Of a stretch of DNA of 64,000 nucleotides, positions 12,646-29,398 are shown one piece after another. The stretch's first letter is position 1. Each line of letters begins with the position of its first letter. Source of the DNA: Eledone cirrhosa (taxonomy: Eukaryota); the NCBI GenBank assembly GCA_964016885.1, contig OZ024745.1, positions 57,474,001 to 57,538,000 on the forward strand, in the 5' to 3' direction. Below the pieces are notes generated by a model. That model was not told the DNA's origin and did not search any database. It saw only the letters and a list, made by a program, of their open reading frames with translations. The translations under genes were made by a program, and so were the position numbers.

Positions 12646-12989
12646 TATATATCGATCAGGTCCAGGTTCGTATTAACATGTTTGTTAATTCTGTGGCTTT
12701 TGTGGCATTATTTACATAGTTGCTGCTTCCTATTTGTCACACCTTTAACGTATGTTTTTTACTCCGAGATCTAACTTGTCGATTTATCAATATTTCTAAT
12801 TGAGTGCCCATGCAAGCTTCTGATTTTACTGCAACTTCGATTTTACTCATTATCATTGTTATATCATTATATATGTGTGTATATAGAAACTAATTTAGTT
12901 TCCGTCCATTAGAATGTTGGGCATATATGTAACACAGGCGCACGGACAGAATCTCTCTCTCTCTATTAATATATATATATATATATATA

Positions 12990-13013
12990 TCTTGCTAAAC
13001 AAATTCAGAAACG

Positions 13014-13047
<34 letters not shown>

Positions 13048-13389
13048 CGTTTCTGAATTTGTTTAACAAGATTCTTTATCTGAAAACGTGTGTTGAAACC
13101 GATATTGTTATACTTTGGGAGGGTCATGTTGCCAACAAGAAACAGACGCACTAGTTGCTTTCACTTCAATTTATTATAATAAATTTATAAATTTAGGAAT
13201 TTATAAATTTCCGGTTGGTTGGTTGGTTCCACAACCAGATGATTGTTTATATATTGTCAAAGTTCTTTCGTCACACATTATGTGACCTATTCAGTAACTG
13301 GGGATTCTTTTCTTTGTTTTTGTGCCTACCTTTTGTTCTGTCCGTAGGACAGAACAAAGGAGAGGCACAAAAACAATATATATATATAC

Positions 13390-13424
<35 letters not shown>

Positions 13425-13674
13425 GATAGATTCTGTCCGTAGGACAGAACAAAAGAGAGGCACGAAAACAAAGAAAAGAATCCCCAGTCACTGAAGAGGT
13501 CACAGAATGTGTGACGAAAGAACATTGAAAATATATAAACAATCATCTGGTTGTGGAACAAACCAACCAACCGGAAATTTATAAATTCTTAAATTTATAA
13601 ATTTATTATAATAAATTGAAGTGATACAACTGGTGCGTGTGTTTCTTATTGGCAACATGACCCTCCCAAAGTAT

Positions 13675-13683
<9 letters not shown>
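12990..13683. mobile_element. Second family A foldback with two decayed HHRs
   Basis: 13102-13345 is inverted at 13439-13683. HHR at ~13256-13298 (-) has CTGAATA; HHR at ~13486-13529 (+) has a broken stem III. Confidence 0.8.
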
Positions 13684-13723
<40 letters not shown>

Positions 13724-15143
13724 GAGAGAGAGAGATTCCGTCCGTGCGCGTGTGTTACATATATGCTCGACATTCTAATGGACGCAAACTAAATTAGTTT
13801 CTGTGACGCTTGTTTTATTAGCTATATATATTTGGAAAATAATTAAGACATAAATGGAGAAATGTGACAAAATGACTTATTTTGGGTTGAATCCGTATTT
13901 TATTATCATTAATTGCATTACAAAAATGACAGTACTGCATTGATATAAATAGCACTATTAGTGTTTCATAAGAGAAATTCGGAATCGTTTATAACTGACA
14001 TTTTATAACTAGAAAAAAGTGAATCTGTCGAAAACAATACCTGTACGAGATAAACATTGAAATTTGTCGTATATGCTAACACTGTAAAAATGAACAAGTC
14101 TAGTAGACTTTTGATCGAGAGAGCATCATGCATACAAAATTAAAGAGTAAATTCCTGGGGCAATCCGCCGCAGAGAAGTGAACCCTTAATGCAATACTTG
14201 TTTTTACTAATTACGGACAAAACCCATCATTTAGACTGCTAAAGTAGTTTCGTTTATACAATTTTATTTGCAACGTATGGAACAAGCCGGAACGATGACA
14301 TTTGCCAAATATGCCACGCATAGGGAACGTTCAAGGGATATAATGATTGCAGTGTGAACTCTTAAAGTTTCAGCAATGCTACGTTTAGTATCTCTACTGA
14401 GACAACATTCTTTTCAATTTTTATCTGACTTCAATTTACCATTTATAGCGAAAACACAGTTACTATGATAATATAGAATGATATCGGTAATCCACTACGC
14501 TACTGACATTGTGGTATAACAGTTCCTACATTTGAACAATATATACGGCATGACCACGGCTAACCTACAGATAAAAACCAACCCAAAGGGTCACAATGCA
14601 ATAACATATTCAAATTAAGCTCAAATCAGTGTAAAAGTTAATATCAAATTATATACATGAATATGAATCGAAACATTCATGAATGACAATGAATAAAGCA
14701 TACGACTGATGCAGTAAAAGAAAATTGTTCATTTTAAATGACAATTTATCTATATATCCGAAATTAGAAATTTGACAGTGAAAATCAGTTTTATTCTGTA
14801 ATATGACAGCAGACCTCTGTAAATTTATATTGTTCATGAAATTGATACATACTTTACTTATTCATAAGTAGCAAGACAAGATGTCTAGTAGTAGTACATT
14901 GTTGAATATGTTATAATCAACAGAGATTTACTTTCGCCGTGGTGTGTTCTTCATATGTGTAAATTGGATTTTTACTTTTAAAACTTAAAATAAATTAAAA
15001 TATTTGGAATTAATTTCCTCAAACGAAAAGCTATTATATTTCTTTGATACAAAGTAAATAGCGTGTTCGATGCTTTATTACTGTAAATATATACGTGAGA
15101 TGTATCGAAACATTTCTCCATGCTCTCTAAGGAAATTATTCAT

Positions 15144-15337
15144 ATAATTGTTTCTACTTTTGACACAAAGCCAGCAATTACCCCAGTGCATTACTGGTGC
15201 TTTGTTTTATCATCGACACCGTAAGAATGAAAGGCAAAGCTAACCTCGGAGGGATTTGAACTCAGAATGTAAAGGGCCATAAGTCTATGCTCCAAAACAG
15301 GGTGTCTGACGCTCTACCGTTACTGCCAATCTACCAC
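15144..15337 (-). mobile_element. tRNA-type SINE, main family
   Basis: Matches 48539-48730: A box tggcagta.cgg, B box gagttcaaatccc, tail agtagaaacaatt. Confidence 0.9.
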
Positions 15338-16049
15338 ATTTATTTATATGATGTATCATGTCATGTCACCTACAGGTACTAATTAATATCAATGACAAAT
15401 TATATACTGAAAATATCATCACGTTGAAAGATTTAAGTTTATTGTAAAAATTACGTTACATACGGTAAATATTAATAAAGATTTCAAGATGAACATAATG
15501 TTCTGTATACATGCAAGGTTTACAACACGCAAAGGAAAAGAAAATAAGTGACACCAATTATATGTAGGTTTATGTAGGTTTTTATCATTATCTATATATT
15601 TTTTTGCGCTAACTCTTTAAGCAGATAAGCTTTTGAAAAGTTCATTTAGATTGTGTGTTAATTCACACACACAGACACACATATATACACACAGACACAG
15701 ACACACACATATATATATCAGAGGTGGTAGAAGCATTTCTGAATTTAGCTTATAGATATGTACAGTACTGCCTGTATATTTTCTTATCGAACCCAGCAGA
15801 ATGCTAAGCAAAGTTGGCTTCGGTAGGATTTGAACCCAGAAAGTAAAGTGCCAAAAGAAATGCTGCATTATAAGTTATCTGACGCTCTACCGATTATTTA
15901 AGGATAGTTAGTTGATAGCATTGGAATCGAAGACCTAGATATGTGGCCCTGATCTAAAATCTAAAGTCTGCCTCAAACTCGGAGACTCATCAGGCCGATG
16001 CTTATCCCTGTTTTCGTGGCATTAAGCAACTGATTGTAACCCTGTGAGT

Positions 16050-17100
16050 TCGATTCCAAGCAGCGCATTTTGTTCTTGTGCAAGTTACTTAATTTCACAT
16101 TATTCCAGCTGGGAAAAAACAATTAGCCATACCTGTAATTTAAAATGCCAGGCTTGTCACCCACTTTACAGTGTTGATTGGGGACTTGGGTAGGGGAGAT
16201 GCGTGAGGAATTGAGGAGGTAGATCTAGGAGTTAGCTGTTAGAATGTGGGAGGTGCATGGGAGAGAAAGGTGTGCATACTAGATGTATGTCTCAGCCCCT
16301 GCATATGGGAAGGCGGGTTTTTGTATTATTGCATAGCGCCAGAGACCAGGTCCTGAGTCATCGACATTCAAACATGCAATTGTGCAAGGTCAATTCAAAG
16401 GACCAGCCTCAAAATGCTGAATCTCCCTGAGAACTTGTTAAGTCTATGGAATACTTAATCACTTACACTGTAATACATAAACGATTTCCTATAATACAAA
16501 GGGTCAATTACGTCACACTCTGTGTCATACTAAATCTCCCTGAGAATTACGTGTTTGCGGAATGCTAAGCCAGTTAACACTGTAATACAAGATGGACTGT
16601 CCCTGTAATTCAAGTAACCAGCCTTTCACACACACACACTGTGCCAAGCTGAATCTCCCTGAGAATTATGTTAAGTGTACCTGTGCCTGTGGAACCCTCA
16701 GCCACTTACACTGTAATACAAAAACAATTATTCATGTAATACAACACATCAGCCCTGTCAAATACTATGCCGTAGTAAACCTCCCTGAGAACAGCATTAA
16801 GAGTGCACGTGTCTGTGGAATACTCACCCACTTACACTAAAGTACATTATGGATTTTATCTGTAATACAATGGACCAGTTTTGTCCGGACACTGTGCTAT
16901 GCTGAATCTCCCTGAGAACTATATAAATGGTACACATGTCTGTGGAATTCTCAGCCACCTCCTCTAAAATACATTATGGACTGTACTTGTAATTCAAAGG
17001 GCTAGCTTTGTCTGTGACCATTGAATACTCGACCACTTCCAGGATATGTTCACGAGCAGGCTGTTCTGTTGTTCGGACAATCATCGTAAGTACCGACGGA
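16050..17100 (+). mobile_element. Second SINE family with an internally amplified ~120 bp segment
   Basis: B-box-like gagttcgattcc at ~16056. Units containing aatctccctgagaa at ~16420, 16533, 16652, 16778 and 16905. Tail cacgagcaggctgttc...taccgacgga. Confidence 0.6.
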
Positions 17101-17151
17101 TTTTCAATACCCACCCCGCGCACACACACGCGTACACACACACATAAGACC

Positions 17152-17667
17152 TTAACTATGGAAGAAAAACCAGGATATATTTAAGAATGCAAACAGCATT
17201 AACTATGGAATGAAATGGGGGATATAACTGAGCTTGTTAACAGTTTAATTAAGCCAAGAGTTACGCTTCAAACAATCTTGATTATGGAATAAAATCCAAG
17301 ATATAATTAAGTTAGAGGGCAACACTGAAATCAGATATAACTATGGAGTGAAAGCGGGGACATACCTGAATTGTTAACAGTTTGAATAATCCAATTCAAA
17401 AAACCTTAATTATGGAACAAATCCAGGATATATTTAAGTTAGAGTTCTCTACTACAAACAGCTATAACTATGGAATAGAATCGGGGACATAACTGAGTTT
17501 GTGAAGTTTGATTGATCCAAGAATTACGCTTCAAACAACAGTATATATGGACCAAAATCCAAGACATAATCAAGTTAGAGTACCACACTGCAAAAAGTTA
17601 TAACTATGGAATGGAATCGGAAGTTGATTAATCCAAGAATTACGCTTCAAATAACCTTAGTTATAGG
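17152..17667. repeat. Diverged dimeric tandem repeat (~130 bp A/B unit, ~4 copies)
   Basis: Subunits begin (t/a)taa(c/t)tatgga at ~17152, 17199, 17278, 17337, 17406, 17464, 17541 and 17600, alternating two types. Confidence 0.85.
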
Positions 17668-18662
17668 CATTAGTTTAGCTGTTATCCAATATAAACAAAA
17701 AAATTGTTATGCAAATTGTAGCGCATATATAAATATATGTGTTTTATGTGTAGTTTGGGAAGAAAATATAATTATTGGGGCGGGAGTCATGACCCTCCCC
17801 TCCGTTACACCGCTCATGTATATATATATATATACACATATTAATGGACGGTTTGTGTACCACTACTTCAAAATGGGCCTCAACACACACGGAAGAATGA
17901 AGCAAGATATTGTACATATGTTATATAAACATATATTTATTCAGGACATACACCGCAGTCGTTCTTTATCTTAAGTAGTATTTCACTTCTCCAATGTACT
18001 TTTGATTATATTCCATATCTGTTTCTATGAAGATCAAAGCCATATGAACGAACAATTGTGACAGTTATAAATATATTCTTAATCTAAAATAGAAATTTAG
18101 TCATCTAAAACAAATATAATTTAAATCCTCAACACACCCAAATGTAGGTGAGGAGATATTTTTATACGTTGACATAGTTATCTTTTAAAGTAAAGTAATG
18201 CATATGTTTTGGTCGTAACAAGGAAAACGCCTTATCTCATTCGTATCCTTTCCAGTATAAATGTATGCATTGCATTAAACATATGAAGTTCTTTTAATTG
18301 ATATGAATATTTTTTCGATGGTAAATAAAGATCTTCTCATACAATTTACTACATCAAAGCAAATATCAAGTGAGTAATTCTCAAAACAGCTCTAACGATA
18401 AGCAGTTCCGATAAGAATACATGTGATTGTAATCAATGGAATTTTGATAAAAAATAATGCAAGTTATCAAATTTATTTTGCATTTAGATGTATTACGTTC
18501 GGTTACTTGCATTTAAAATCTTTTTCAACTGTTTCATAGATTGACACGGGCTGCAACATATGAATATGTTTAAGATTTTCAAAGTGAATTTCGCGTCAAA
18601 AAACATATATGTGAGTAAATACATTTGATGCATATACACACATGTGCGCGCGGTCACACGAA

Positions 18663-18903
<241 letters not shown>

Positions 18904-19014
18904 GGAATAAATGGGCAAAGACGATGAAGCACAAGTGCATTAAGACATGACAATGGGTACTCTATGAATAGATGCACTGTACAGAGCAGACCGGCAAGAA
19001 GGCCAGTAGGCCGC

Positions 19015-19117
<103 letters not shown>

Positions 19118-19713
19118 GAATAATCGAGTATCGAAAAATCGGCGCACGAGTTCACGATAAACAAAATTCGAGATGAGCGGCAGAGGGCTCTATAATTCAA
19201 ATAAATTAGAGCTATAACTATCGTTAAAATACCGTCACACGTAGAATATGTCTACAATCAACCAAATAACCGAAAAGTTCGATATGGAAGATTCGGGACA
19301 CTCAGATAAATTATCAATAAATCAATAAATGAAATGAATGTAAAATGCATACCCGGACCCACTAGAGAGATGGAAAATCTAGCTTCTTGGGTTTCTGTAA
19401 ATCCTTAAACCGTCATCTATCAGCTCATATAAAAATATAAGCCTTACAGATAATCGGGGGACTGGAGTTACTTCATCAACGAGCTTCGTCCGAATGGATA
19501 AAAAGATAAGACCCAGGCTAAAAATACGCACATGGATTTCAGCAAGGGAGATAACCCTTATATCCGCAAAAAAATATTCGGAAAAATGTGGCAAACACAT
19601 ATCGAATAAGAGTGCTCAATAGACATGTTAAAATAAACAGGGGCTATTCATCATTTAATAGAATCGACAAAAAATGAACAATAAAATTAACTGGTCAATA
19701 GCTAAGTCTAGAG

Positions 19714-19756
<43 letters not shown>

Positions 19757-19759
<3 letters not shown>

Positions 19760-20205
19760 TAGCGGCCTACTGGCCTTCTTGCCGGTCTGTACAGTGCATC
19801 TATTCATAGAGTACCTATTGTCATGTCTTAATGCGCTTGTGCTTCATCGTCTTCGCCCATTTATTCCCGAGAGTGTCGTGGGGTCCGAGTCTTCAAAGTA
19901 TCTTTTCAGCGGTTCCTGTCAGAGGCAATCGTCTCCAACTGATCCAGTTGGATATCCAAGCGAAACCCGTTAAGCTCACGGTTTTCCTGCCGGTTGGTTA
20001 GGCCTATAAAATCTGTCCAGCGAATCTTCCCTGAGATATTTAACCACATGCCCACATTATGAGAGCTGTGACATCAAAATTAAGAGAAGTAAGGACTCTA
20101 TCTGAAATGACTCTCTGATCTCCGAGATACGCACTCTATCGAATAATGTTACCTCAAAGACCCTTCGGAGGAACCCCATTTCAGACGCTCCTATTCACAA
20201 TCGTA
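19757..20205 (-). mobile_element. RTE-clade LINE 3' fragment plus downstream sequence
   Basis: Manual translation: IGASEMGFLRRVFEVTLFDRVRISEIRESFQIESLLLLILMSQLS*CGHVVK, typical of RTE C-termini. 19757-19870 is duplicated in inverted orientation at 18901-19019. Confidence 0.8.
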
Positions 20206-20276
20206 TTCTTTCTGTCATTATCAATGACTATAGGAAATGGTAGGAGTTTGGCATTTACATTGCAACATAACTTTGC

Positions 20277-20468
20277 AATAATTGTTTCTACTTTTGGCAC
20301 AAGGCCAGCAATTATCCAGTGCATTACTGGTACTTTATTTTATCGACCCCGTAAGGATGAAAGGCAAAGTTAACCTCGGCGGGATTTGAACTCAAACCAT
20401 AAAGGGGCGTAACTCTTTGCTGCAAAGCATAGCGTCAGACCCTCTACCGATACTGCCAATCCACCGCT
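20277..20468 (-). mobile_element. tRNA-type SINE, main family
   Basis: Full-length match to the 48539 copy. Confidence 0.9.
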
Positions 20469-20720
20469 TTGCAATAATAAAGGAAAGTAGAGTTGCGCCT
20501 CTTTTCACAAATTATAATTTTTCTACACATGACAACGGAAAAAATCAGCTGTATCCCTTAATTTAGCATGGACAGAAGGGGCCTTAACAAGACCAATCAA
20601 TTTAACCTAATAACAAATCTTATGTTTTCATAATCCAAACTGACATTGCGATCTTTGCTAAAGAAAATCAATTTTTGTACATATAAAGATCATCAATATA
20701 TCAATATATATCTCTCTCTA

Positions 20721-20967
<247 letters not shown>

Positions 20968-21195
20968 ATATATATATGTATATATATATATATATGTGTG
21001 TGTGTCTGTGTGTGTCTATGTGTGAGTCCCGGTCTCAATTGGAGATAACCACCGTAAGGTACTCAATATATCAGTAGTGTGTAAATACTGTGTTTAATAT
21101 CGAAATACCTTCTACAGGACTAGAAGTGTTTCATTGAAAATAATGATGTCTTTTGAATGAAATAGTTCTAGTCCTGTATATATATATATATATAT

Positions 21196-21843
21196 ATATG
21201 AATAAAGTTAGTCCTTCATCAGTGTTCTTCCAACCATCATTGGTATTTCATCACTTTAAAGACCATATACCTCCGGTTGGTGCGAGCAACGGCTAAAGCA
21301 AGTCGTTGGGACACGTAAATAAAGGGAACGAGCGAGAGTGTAAACAAACGAAGATGGTAAAGCAATGAAAAGTGAGGAAGAAAGAGTCAAGTCCCAGATT
21401 TCCATGAATATAGGTTCGGTGAAATCGTGAACGAAAGAAAATAAAGACCATCAAACCTAGTCGAAATGTGAGCAAGGAAGGAATTCCGCACAGGTCAAAC
21501 GGGAGGAAGAAGGAGTCCAGTCCGCGATTTCGGTGAACATAAGTTCTATGAAATCGTAGACGAGAGAGAGAAAAGGGGAACCAGCATGGTCAAGCGTGCG
21601 CGAGAAAAGAATTACGCACAGGTCAAACTGGAGGAAGTAGGAGAGGTAGTAGCAGAGAGGGAGTGAGTGAAGGGTGAGGAAGAGGCTAACAGAAAGAGTG
21701 ACTGTTAGAGAGGGTAAAGATACAGAAAAAGGAAGCAGTAAGAACGAAATAGACGGGTCACAGCGGGGGAAAATATATGTGTGAATATGAGAACAAACGT
21801 GTTGCGTGGTTGCAAATAGGTTACATATGAATAAAGTTAGTCC

Positions 21844-21848
<5 letters not shown>
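21196..21848 (-). mobile_element. TA-flanked non-coding element with ~24 bp terminal direct repeat and internal ~127 bp duplication
   Basis: atatgaataaagttagtccttcat at both ends. Related to 35255-35790. CTGATGA half-core on - at ~21216. Confidence 0.6.
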
Positions 21849-21923
<75 letters not shown>

Positions 21924-21998
21924 AGTATGTATGTATACGTACATACATATATGTATACAGACGTACAGTAGCATGCATATATATACATATATATATAC

Positions 21999-22062
<64 letters not shown>

Positions 22063-22220
22063 GCATACAGGTACACATACATATATGCACGCATCAGTTT
22101 AGCCGACGTTTATTATAACGCAGCTTTGTTCGCTTGTTTGTCAACAAATCGAACAGCCTGAATTTATGCCATACGGTGTTAAGGCAACCACGTCACCTTT
22201 TTGTTCAACACTGACACAGG

Positions 22221-22265
22221 AACGATGTACTAGTTTCAAGCTTGTTAGCTATCATCAGCACCGTT
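22221..22265 (-). ncRNA. Minimal type I hammerhead (family D, mirror copy)
   Basis: Reverse complement of 22909-22953. Confidence 0.8.
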
Positions 22266-22608
22266 TACCCATCTGCCAGATAGTTGAACGTTCGAAAGTA
22301 TATACTTTCCTTATGAAAATTAACGGCTGAGCAGCCTAATTTGCATATTGAGTGAGTTAAATCGGTCAGGCATACCGAAAACCACAAGTTAAAAAAAAAT
22401 GAAAACGAAATTTCATTTCTCACTCTTAGTATGGCACTTACTTAAATGTAAGTATGTATGTATACGTACATACATATATGTATACAGACGTACAGTAGCA
22501 TGCATAAATTCAGGCTGTTCGATTTGTTGACAAACAAGCGAACAAAGCTGCGTTATAATAAACGTCGGCTAAACTGATGCGTGCATATATGTATGTGTAC
22601 CTGTATGC

Positions 22609-22670
<62 letters not shown>

Positions 22671-22908
22671 GCATGCTACTGTACGTCTGTATACATATAT
22701 GTATGTACGTATACATACATACTTACATTTAAGTAAGTGCCATACTAAGAGTGAGAAATGAAATTTCGTTTTCATTTTTTTTCAACTTGTCGTTTTCGGT
22801 ATGCCTGACTGATTTAACTCACTCAATATGCAAATTAGGCTGCTCAGCCGTTAATTTTCATAAGGAAAGTATATACTTTCGAACGTTCAACTATCTGGCA
22901 GATGGGTA

Positions 22909-22953
22909 AACGGTGCTGATGATAGCTAACAAGCTTGAAACTAGTACATCGTT
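22909..22953 (+). ncRNA. Minimal type I hammerhead (family D)
   Basis: aacggtg-CTGATGA-T-AGCT(aaca)AGCT-T-GAAAC(ta)GTA-catcgtt, with 7 bp stem I. Confidence 0.8.
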
Positions 22954-23111
22954 CCTGTGTCAGTGTTGAACAAAATGGTGACGTGGTTGCCTTAACACCG
23001 TATGGCATAAATTCAGGCTGTTCGATTTGTTGACAAACAAGCGAACAAAGCTGCGTTATAATAAACGTCGGCTAAACTGATGCGTGCATATATGTATGTG
23101 TACCTGTATGC

Positions 23112-23203
<92 letters not shown>

Positions 23204-23402
23204 GCATGCTACTGTACGTCTGTATACATATATGTATGTACGTATACATACATACTTACATTTAAGTAAGTGCCATACTAAGAGTGAGAAATGAAATTTC
23301 GTTTTCATTTTTTTCAACTTATATATATATAAATATAGTGGTAGAACACTGGAAGGTAATATCAGGTAGTGGTAGAGCACTCAGTCCATGGGACAAGTTA
23401 GT

Positions 23403-23540
23403 TAGAAGAGGTTACACAACAGTTAGTTCACCATACCGAGAACAATTGTTTCACCTTAGCGGATCCTCAGCTAGTAAACGAGGATCCGCTAAGGTGAAAC
23501 AATTGTTCTCGGTGTGGTGAACTAACTGTTGTGTAACCGC

Positions 23541-23545
<5 letters not shown>
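23403..23545. mobile_element. Short foldback, family B, with HHR motif on - at 23437-23474
   Basis: Arms 23403-23468 and 23480-23545. Minus strand reads ag-CTGAGGA-T-CC(gctaa)GG-T-GAAAC(aatt)GTT-ctcg. Confidence 0.75.
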
Positions 23546-26384
<2,839 letters not shown>

Positions 26385-26468
26385 TTTAATAAACATTTTC
26401 ACAACGTTTCTTATATATTTATCCTTATCGAGCCCTCTTTGGATTTTAGTCTTCAAAATTATTATTAT

Positions 26469-26565
<97 letters not shown>

Positions 26566-26890
26566 AAAGAATAGAGGTGTAACACACAAGTTATTATATA
26601 TTGGTAAACGGAATAGAAAATGCTGACAAATTGTTCACAGTTGAAAAATGGTTTAATTAGGAATAAAAGAGTATTAGTGATTGTATGGGTTAGTATTCAG
26701 TCGTGGTTTTAAGTTTTTAAGTTTTTACCGGTTGCGCATTTCTAAATGCTTTTCAAAAATAATTTTGAGATAGAGTGTCCGTGTTGTTTGCTCTGATCAG
26801 AGCAGATCCACTGATCAGCCAGATTTGCATATCAGCAGACTGGCCATTCAGTTTCCTGTATACGAGCTATAAATAGCCGGTGAACAGTGA

Positions 26891-26936
26891 GCTGTACTGA
26901 TGAAGGGTGATACCCAGAAACATTAATGTCTGCAGT
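26891..26936 (+). ncRNA. Type I hammerhead (family F) with GUC triplet
   Basis: gctgta-CTGATGA-A-GGGT(gat)ACCC-A-GAAAC(attaat)GTC-tgcagt: 6 bp stem I, palindromic stem III. Confidence 0.85.
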
Positions 26937-27066
26937 TCTATTCACATGCCAACATAAGAGCAAGAATAAAGGGTACATTTTACTGACATGGCTATAAAAT
27001 TGAGGCTTGTTTGCATAATTGCAAACGAATCGAATGTTATTAATATTCGAAAACTCAGATTACATT

Positions 27067-27160
<94 letters not shown>

Positions 27161-27172
27161 CACACACACATA

Positions 27173-27216
<44 letters not shown>

Positions 27217-27842
27217 CAGACATATATGTATATATATATGTGTGAGGGAGAGAGAAGGGGGGGGGGTATGGGGGGGGGGTTATACAATCCCGACTACGGA
27301 GCAGAGTGGCTTTGGCTTTTGTGTTCAGCAACCCTTTTATGGCTGGCTGAACACACAAGCAAAAACCGATTTGTCGGGATTTTACATATCGCTACATCCA
27401 CTCTGCTTCTCCCCATGCATTGAGAACACCCTTGATTAGTTAACTCCTATGATTCAGCATCGTATGAAATAATCAGGAATGATAGGTAATATAGTAATTC
27501 GTTAATATTTATAGGTTTCATGGTGGTTGAAGTTGGTAGTGGTAGTGGGATAAGCCATATTTTCAGTTACTGATATCATGTAGTGTATTGAAATTCCTCT
27601 CCACGTATTTTATAGTATTATCTTCTCAATCTCCTAAGCCCACCGTATACCTTCCCTTTATTCTTCCTCCAGCCCCTCTAATCCACTACATGACGTCTCT
27701 AAAAAATATGCCTCCACCACCACTACCACATCGAACGAGCATGAAATCTATAACTATTAACAACTTACTATGTAACCCAGCATATCGGACGATGTCATAC
27801 GAATGAAACAGTTCTAATTTTGTAAAAGCTATCTATATATTA

Positions 27843-27948
27843 AATAATTGTTTCTACTTTTACCACAAGGCCAGAAATTATTCCAGTGTATTACTGGTAC
27901 TTTATTTTATCGACCCCGTAAGGATGAAAGGCAAAGTTAACCTCGGCG
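27843..27948 (-). mobile_element. SINE 3' half, main family
   Basis: tttctacttttaccacaaggccag...aaagttaacctcggcg. Confidence 0.85.
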
Positions 27949-28992
27949 ATGACCCATAGAAGCTTGTTATATAGATTAAGGTTTGAAAAAGACATTATGC
28001 ATTGAATCTACTACGACCCATCTCTATCAATGCCTCTCAGGCATATAACCTTTTGAGCATCTGATATCCATAAATACTTGTCACATTACATCCTGGGTTT
28101 CAAACAATTCGGCACTAAAGCTAGGACAAGCAAAGCCAGAGTCATAAATCACGTTTTCTTCTCCACCCTCTCTCCCTTTCTCTTTCTCAAATCGCCAAAT
28201 GATTGCAATCGACTTGCCCTAAAGACTTGTACATCCTGAGTTTAGACATACGTACTTTCCTTTTCCACACGCAACACTGCCCCCCCCCCCTTCTCTCTCC
28301 ACCATTTAGGCCAACAAACTCTTACTCCCCCTTTCCAGTGTGACAAATGTTTTACATGACAGCTGTATTATAATAGATATCGAAAATTGTTTTCCGCTTG
28401 GCTCTAGACTTAACCATAATGTTCGTATGATCGTCGTTAAAACTATGAAGGAGAAAGGAAAACAATTGTATAGAAGTTGAATACCTTTCTGTCTATTTTG
28501 AGTGTTGACAGCAAAACATGTTTAGTATTCCTTTTCTTTTGTAACTTATTTATTTCTAATTCCCAACATGTATTCTTCTATTAAGAACGACACGCTATTA
28601 TAAATATCTAAACAATGAATCGTTTTATCAGTGCAACACATTTAGTGAATTTCTATTATTGTGAGGGGAGTTTTGTAGCATGATTAATTATATCATCGTC
28701 AGGTTTATATCGTTATATCGAGTGTACTGTTAGTGACTAGGAGTAGACGAATTTAGTTTTCTGCAGAGAAAATATCATATGGCTTGTATATATAAATATA
28801 TATATAAATATATAACATTTATAGTCACATTTAAATAAGTCGATATTGAAATTGTAAAATGATATGAGTTACCTAAGGCAAAATTACCTTTGGTAATGAT
28901 TAACAATGAAAACGTGACTTACTCACATTTCAGCATATCCTATACATAGGATGCTGTGCATCAGAGTGCTTTTACACACACACAAACACAGA

Positions 28993-29047
<55 letters not shown>

Positions 29048-29398
29048 ACATACACACACACAGACACACACATATATATCATTTACTTGGGTATTACCTG
29101 CTACTGGATTACAACAGATCACCACCGATCCACCACTCTTCTCCCGTAGAATCTTCGTCACCGACTCAACACCACTACAATTTACATCTCGACTTTTGTC
29201 TAAATTTTATCCAATCTTTTCTGAATTTTTCCAATCTTTTCTTATTGCCTTTTTTCCTATTCTCTTTGATCTCCTTCCCATGTATTATCTTTTTTTTTTG
29301 CATTTTCATGTTTCCCTCCCTTTGCTTTCCATCTGTTTTTTATTTGTTTGCGTTTTTTTTTTAACTCCGCCACGCCTTTGGAAACCTCGTCCCCACCA

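Larger units (their letters stand above)
21921..23320. mobile_element. Family D: ~1.1 monomers (-) joined head-to-head to ~1.6 monomers (+)
   Basis: Periods are 527 bp (21921/22448) and 503 bp (22511/23014). The inversion junction at ~22502-22506 lies on the microhomology gcata. Confidence 0.9.

Noticed and set aside
15960-16035. CTGATGA plus hairpin on the minus strand
   Set aside because: No GAAA follows the stem. It reads like the 3' end of another SINE family.
16390-17667. Regularly spaced motifs resembling a CRISPR array
   Set aside because: The intervening sequences are homologous to each other, the context is eukaryotic, and there are no cas genes.
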